From NCBI RefSeq assembly GCF_009914755.1, contig NC_060935.1: a stretch of 64,000 nucleotides of DNA, one strand, 5' to 3'. The stretch comes from the human T2T-CHM13v2.0 reference genome, Homo sapiens. Below the pieces are notes generated by a model. It saw nothing but the letters and a program-made list of their open reading frames with translations. It was not told where the DNA came from and ran no database searches. Both the position numbers and the translations under genes were made by a program. The first letter of the stretch is position 1. Every line of letters begins with the position of its first letter. Below, one piece after another: positions 60,616 to 64,000 of this stretch.

Positions 60616-61792
60616 TACAAGGATACTCAGTAGAAAAACAAAAACAAACAAATGAACAAACAAAAAAAACACAATGCCCAAGTCAGTAACCTGAGTAATA
60701 CTATGGACTCCATCAAGCTTACGTGAATGGAGAGACATGCTCTGTTGATAGATCAAAATATTTCACATGACTAATATGTGAATTACCTCCAATTTGTCCG
60801 ATAAATATAATGCATACAAATTGAAATTTCAGTAAAATTGTAAGATATCACTTCACACCTGTTGGCTGTTATCAAAGGGACAAGAGATAAATGTTGGCAA
60901 AAGCGTAGAAAAAAAGGAAATTCTAGTACACTGTTGACAGAAATTTATACTAGTATATCCATTATGGAAAACAGTATAGAGGTTCCTAAGGAAATTTAAA
61001 ATAGAATTACCATATGACCCAGCAATCTATCTTCTGGGTTTATCCCAAAACAGATGAAACCACCATCGTCTAAATATATCTACACTCCCATGTTCATTGC
61101 AACATTCTTCAAAATAGTCAAGATATGAAAACAACCTGAATGCTTATTGATGGAAAAATAGATAATAACACATGGTATATATAGAAAATGAACATTATTT
61201 AGCCTCAGAAAAGAAGATCTTGCCATTTGACACAGCATGCGTGAAACTGGAGGACATTGTGCTAAATGCAATAAGCCAAAAAGAGGAGAAAATTATTGCA
61301 TGATTTCACTTATATTTGGAATTAAAGAGAGAGAGAGAGAGCTCAAATACACAGAGATAGAGAATGAAACAACGGTTACCGTGCGTAGAGGTTACTGTGG
61401 GTAGTGGGAGGAAATTTGGAAATGTAGGTCAAACGATAAAAAAAAAAAAGATAAGATGCACGGTCGTAGAGATCTAATGTACAACATGAGGACTAAAATT
61501 TATAAAACCATTGTTTTAGGGATTTTTGTTAAATAACTAGATTTTAGCTGCTCTTGTCAAAATAATAAAAATAATTATAAGATGACATACATGCTAATCT
61601 GCTTTACTACACAGGTTGAGTACCCAAAATGCTTGCAACCAGAAACATTTCCGATTTTGATTTTTTTGGCTTTTTGGAATATTTGCATTACACATACTGA
61701 TTAAGCATCCTATATCTGATCATCTGAAATAGGAAATGCTCGAAATGAGAATTTCCTTTGAGTGTCGTGTTAACACTAAAAGTTTCAGATGT

Positions 61793-61966
61793 GACCAGGT
61801 GCAGTGGCATGAGTCTGTAGTCCCAGGCAATCAGGAAGCTGAAGCAAGAAAATCACTTGAGCCCAAGAGTTCAGGAATGTAGTGAGCTATGATCGTGCCT
61901 GTCAGTGGCCACTGCACTACAGCCTGGACAATACAGCAATACTGTATTCCTAAAAAGAGAGAAAAA
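61793..61966 (+). mobile_element. FAM (fossil Alu monomer)
   Basis: Retains the FAM-specific segment gtagtgagctatgatcgtgcctgtcagtggccactgcac. TSD aaaagtttcagatgt / aaaagttccaaattt. Confidence 0.85.
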
Positions 61967-62120
61967 AGCCAGGCTCAATGGCTCATGCCTGTAATCCCAG
62001 TACTTTGGGTGGCTGAGATGGGAGGATAATATGAGACCAGGAGTTTGAGACCAACCAGATCAGTACAGTGAGATCCCAAAAATAAAGTTTAAAAAAAAAA
62101 AAACCAAAAATAGGCTTTAA
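61967..62120 (+). mobile_element. FLAM_C-like left Alu monomer in the FAM tail
   Basis: gccaggctcaatggctcatgcctgtaatcccagtactttggg..ggagtttgagacc, A-tail, TSD aaaaagagagaaa. Confidence 0.85.
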
Positions 62121-62419
62121 AAAAAAGAGAGAAAGGAAAAAGTTCCAAATTTTGGAACATTTCAGATTTTGGATTTTCAGATTTGGGATGCTAAACCTGT
62201 AGTAACTATTTTTCTATCTACATGTATTTCATAACATCACGTTGTAAACCTCAAATATACACAATAAAATTTATGTTAAAAAGTAAACTAATTCTATAGT
62301 TTATATGTGAAATGAAGGAACTCAAATTTTCTAAACTTTTCAAAAAAAATAAAGTTGGAGAACACATACTACTTTATTTTAAGAACAATCAAGTGTGAGA
62401 GTAGTAAAAAAAGTTATAA

Positions 62420-62806
62420 AATACTAGACCTTATAGTCAATAATAATAATTTATTGTATATTTTACAATAATTCAAAGAGTGGAATTGGAATGTTCCTAA
62501 CACAAAGAAATGAGAAATGGTATCTAGATGTAATAGATACCCAAATACCTGGATTTGATAATGATACATTATATGCTTGTATGAAAACATCACATGTACA
62601 CCATAAATATATGTACCTAATTATTATGAGCCCATAATTAAAAACAAAAAAATTAATTAAAAATAGCAAAAAAAGGAGTTGATAATGACACATTATATAC
62701 TTGTATCAAAACATCACATGTACCCCATAAATATATATGCCTAATTATTATGAACCCATAATAATTAAAAACAAAAATTTTAATTAAAATACAGCAAAAA
62801 ATAGAG
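62420..62806 (+). mobile_element. L1MA2/3-like 3' end with tandemly duplicated terminus
   Basis: atagtcaataataataatttattgtatatttt..ggaatgttcctaacacaaagaaatga; 124-bp duplication. Confidence 0.85.
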
Positions 62807-63298
62807 GCACAGATCAATGGAACAAAATTGACTCAAAAAATGAAACCTCACATATATAGTCAATTGATTTTTGACAAAGATGTCAAGGTTGACAAGAAAG
62901 GAAGATATTTTCTATGAAAAAAATGGACATGAACATGCAAAAAAAAGTGATCTTTGATCAAATACAAGTACAACAAAAACAAAAATTAACTCAAAATCAG
63001 TGAGATCTAAATGTAAGATTAAAATGATAAAGTATCCAGAAATAAACATAGAAAAAATTGTACAATGTCTTCAGGAAAGGATTTGTTAAACAGGACATGA
63101 AAAGGTAATATATTTAAAAAAATAATAAACTTGGCTTCATTAAAACTTAAAATTTCTGCTACTAAAATATCACTGTAAATAAAGTAAAAAGGAAAGCTAC
63201 AGACTGGTAGGAAATATTTTTCAAATTGTATATATGACAGAGTACTTACATCTGGGAGGGAATATTTTTCAAATTGTATATATGACAGAGTACTTACA
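62807..63298 (+). mobile_element. Old L1M ORF2 remnant (host; other pieces at ~60720-60840 and ~62283-62419)
   Basis: agatcaatggaacaaaattga..atatatagtcaattgatttttgacaaag..aaaattaactcaaaat. Confidence 0.8.
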
Positions 63299-64000
63299 AA
63301 ATGAACTCTCGCTTCCCTTTTCCAGCTTCCAGGTTCCCATGCCTGGCAGTAGGTTTTGTAGATTGCTCTATGACAGAAAGATACAGTGGGATTAGAACAT
63401 TGTTCAGAGAATTAGGCCAACTGAGGAAAGCAGAATTAATTTAACCCATAACTTAATCACCTTCATTAGAACATACTTACAAGAAACTTCAAGTTCTGAT
63501 TCCTAATTAACTTCAGCCTTATTTCTCACTATCTCTCCATCAGACTACAGGTGAGGAATTACCATTAGTGCAACAATTTGAACAACTATTTTAGAACTGG
63601 ATGCAAAATTTACCTATAGGTCAGTCTATCAGTGATTCAATATCCAACAGGTCTAGGGATCAACTTAATGTTATTTGTCAACCTTTGCCCTCATTTTAGA
63701 ATCTGGTTCTTTTGGTACCAAAAGTATACCATCAAATTTAGGTAATTGTTGATCAGCATGCTGCAAACAAAGACATCTGAGTAATTTTCTGAAATGACTA
63801 AATGGTTTGGGATTTTATGTATACAATCACTGTTAAGAATGGGTAATAGGATCAAAGAGCTATTAAAATTCAAAGAAGGGATGAATAAATAATCATGAAC
63901 TTATATTTACATTTGAAACTATAATTGTCTAACAAATTGTATAACAAATTGTACATTTGAAACTATAATTGTATAACACTGATTAAGCACCTACTATGTA

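Larger units (their letters stand above)
61612..62199. mobile_element. Tigger4a-like (Tc1/mariner) MITE containing two Alu monomers
   Basis: TIRs caggttgagta / tgctaaacctg followed by TA; internal ggattttcagattt repeats. Confidence 0.88.
60842..62282 (+). mobile_element. L1MA (about MA4-5) 3' end containing Tigger4a
   Basis: tagaattaccatatgacccagcaatc, gatctaatgtacaacatgaggacta; resumes gtaactatttt..aacctcaaatatacacaataaaattt after the Tigger. Confidence 0.88.

Overview
AT-rich primate (human-like) genomic DNA that reads as intergenic or deep-intronic. I find no recognisable protein-coding gene, RNA gene, CpG island or prokaryotic system. The ORFs I could assign are Alu-, L1- or LTR-derived, and the rest look like chance frames. 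A large part of the window is transposon debris: 9 dimeric Alus or Alu fragments (all in the first 24 kb), a FAM and a FLAM monomer, a 3.1 kb L1PA with a twin-priming 5' inversion (15.3-18.4 kb), and a near full-length L1PA16-like element (44.8-53.6 kb) carrying a two-LTR THE1D-like MaLR provirus. There is also an ERVL integrase remnant plus LTR16 nested in an L1ME, several solo LTRs, MIR/L2 relics and DNA transposons. The most unusual items are: (i) a ~455 bp non-Alu, non-L1 poly(A)-tailed, TSD-flanked retrocopy at 33.2-33.7 kb that looks like an LTR transcript mobilised by L1; (ii) an unexplained 52 bp duplicate on either side of the L1PA with a codon-like substitution pattern; (iii) an ancient L1MB with a 5' inversion and a probable 3' transduction; (iv) a five-layer nested insertion near 62 kb; (v) a few well-formed candidate exons. 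I see no convincing new biological system. Subfamily names come from recalled consensus motifs, not from an alignment, and the boundaries of old repeats are approximate.
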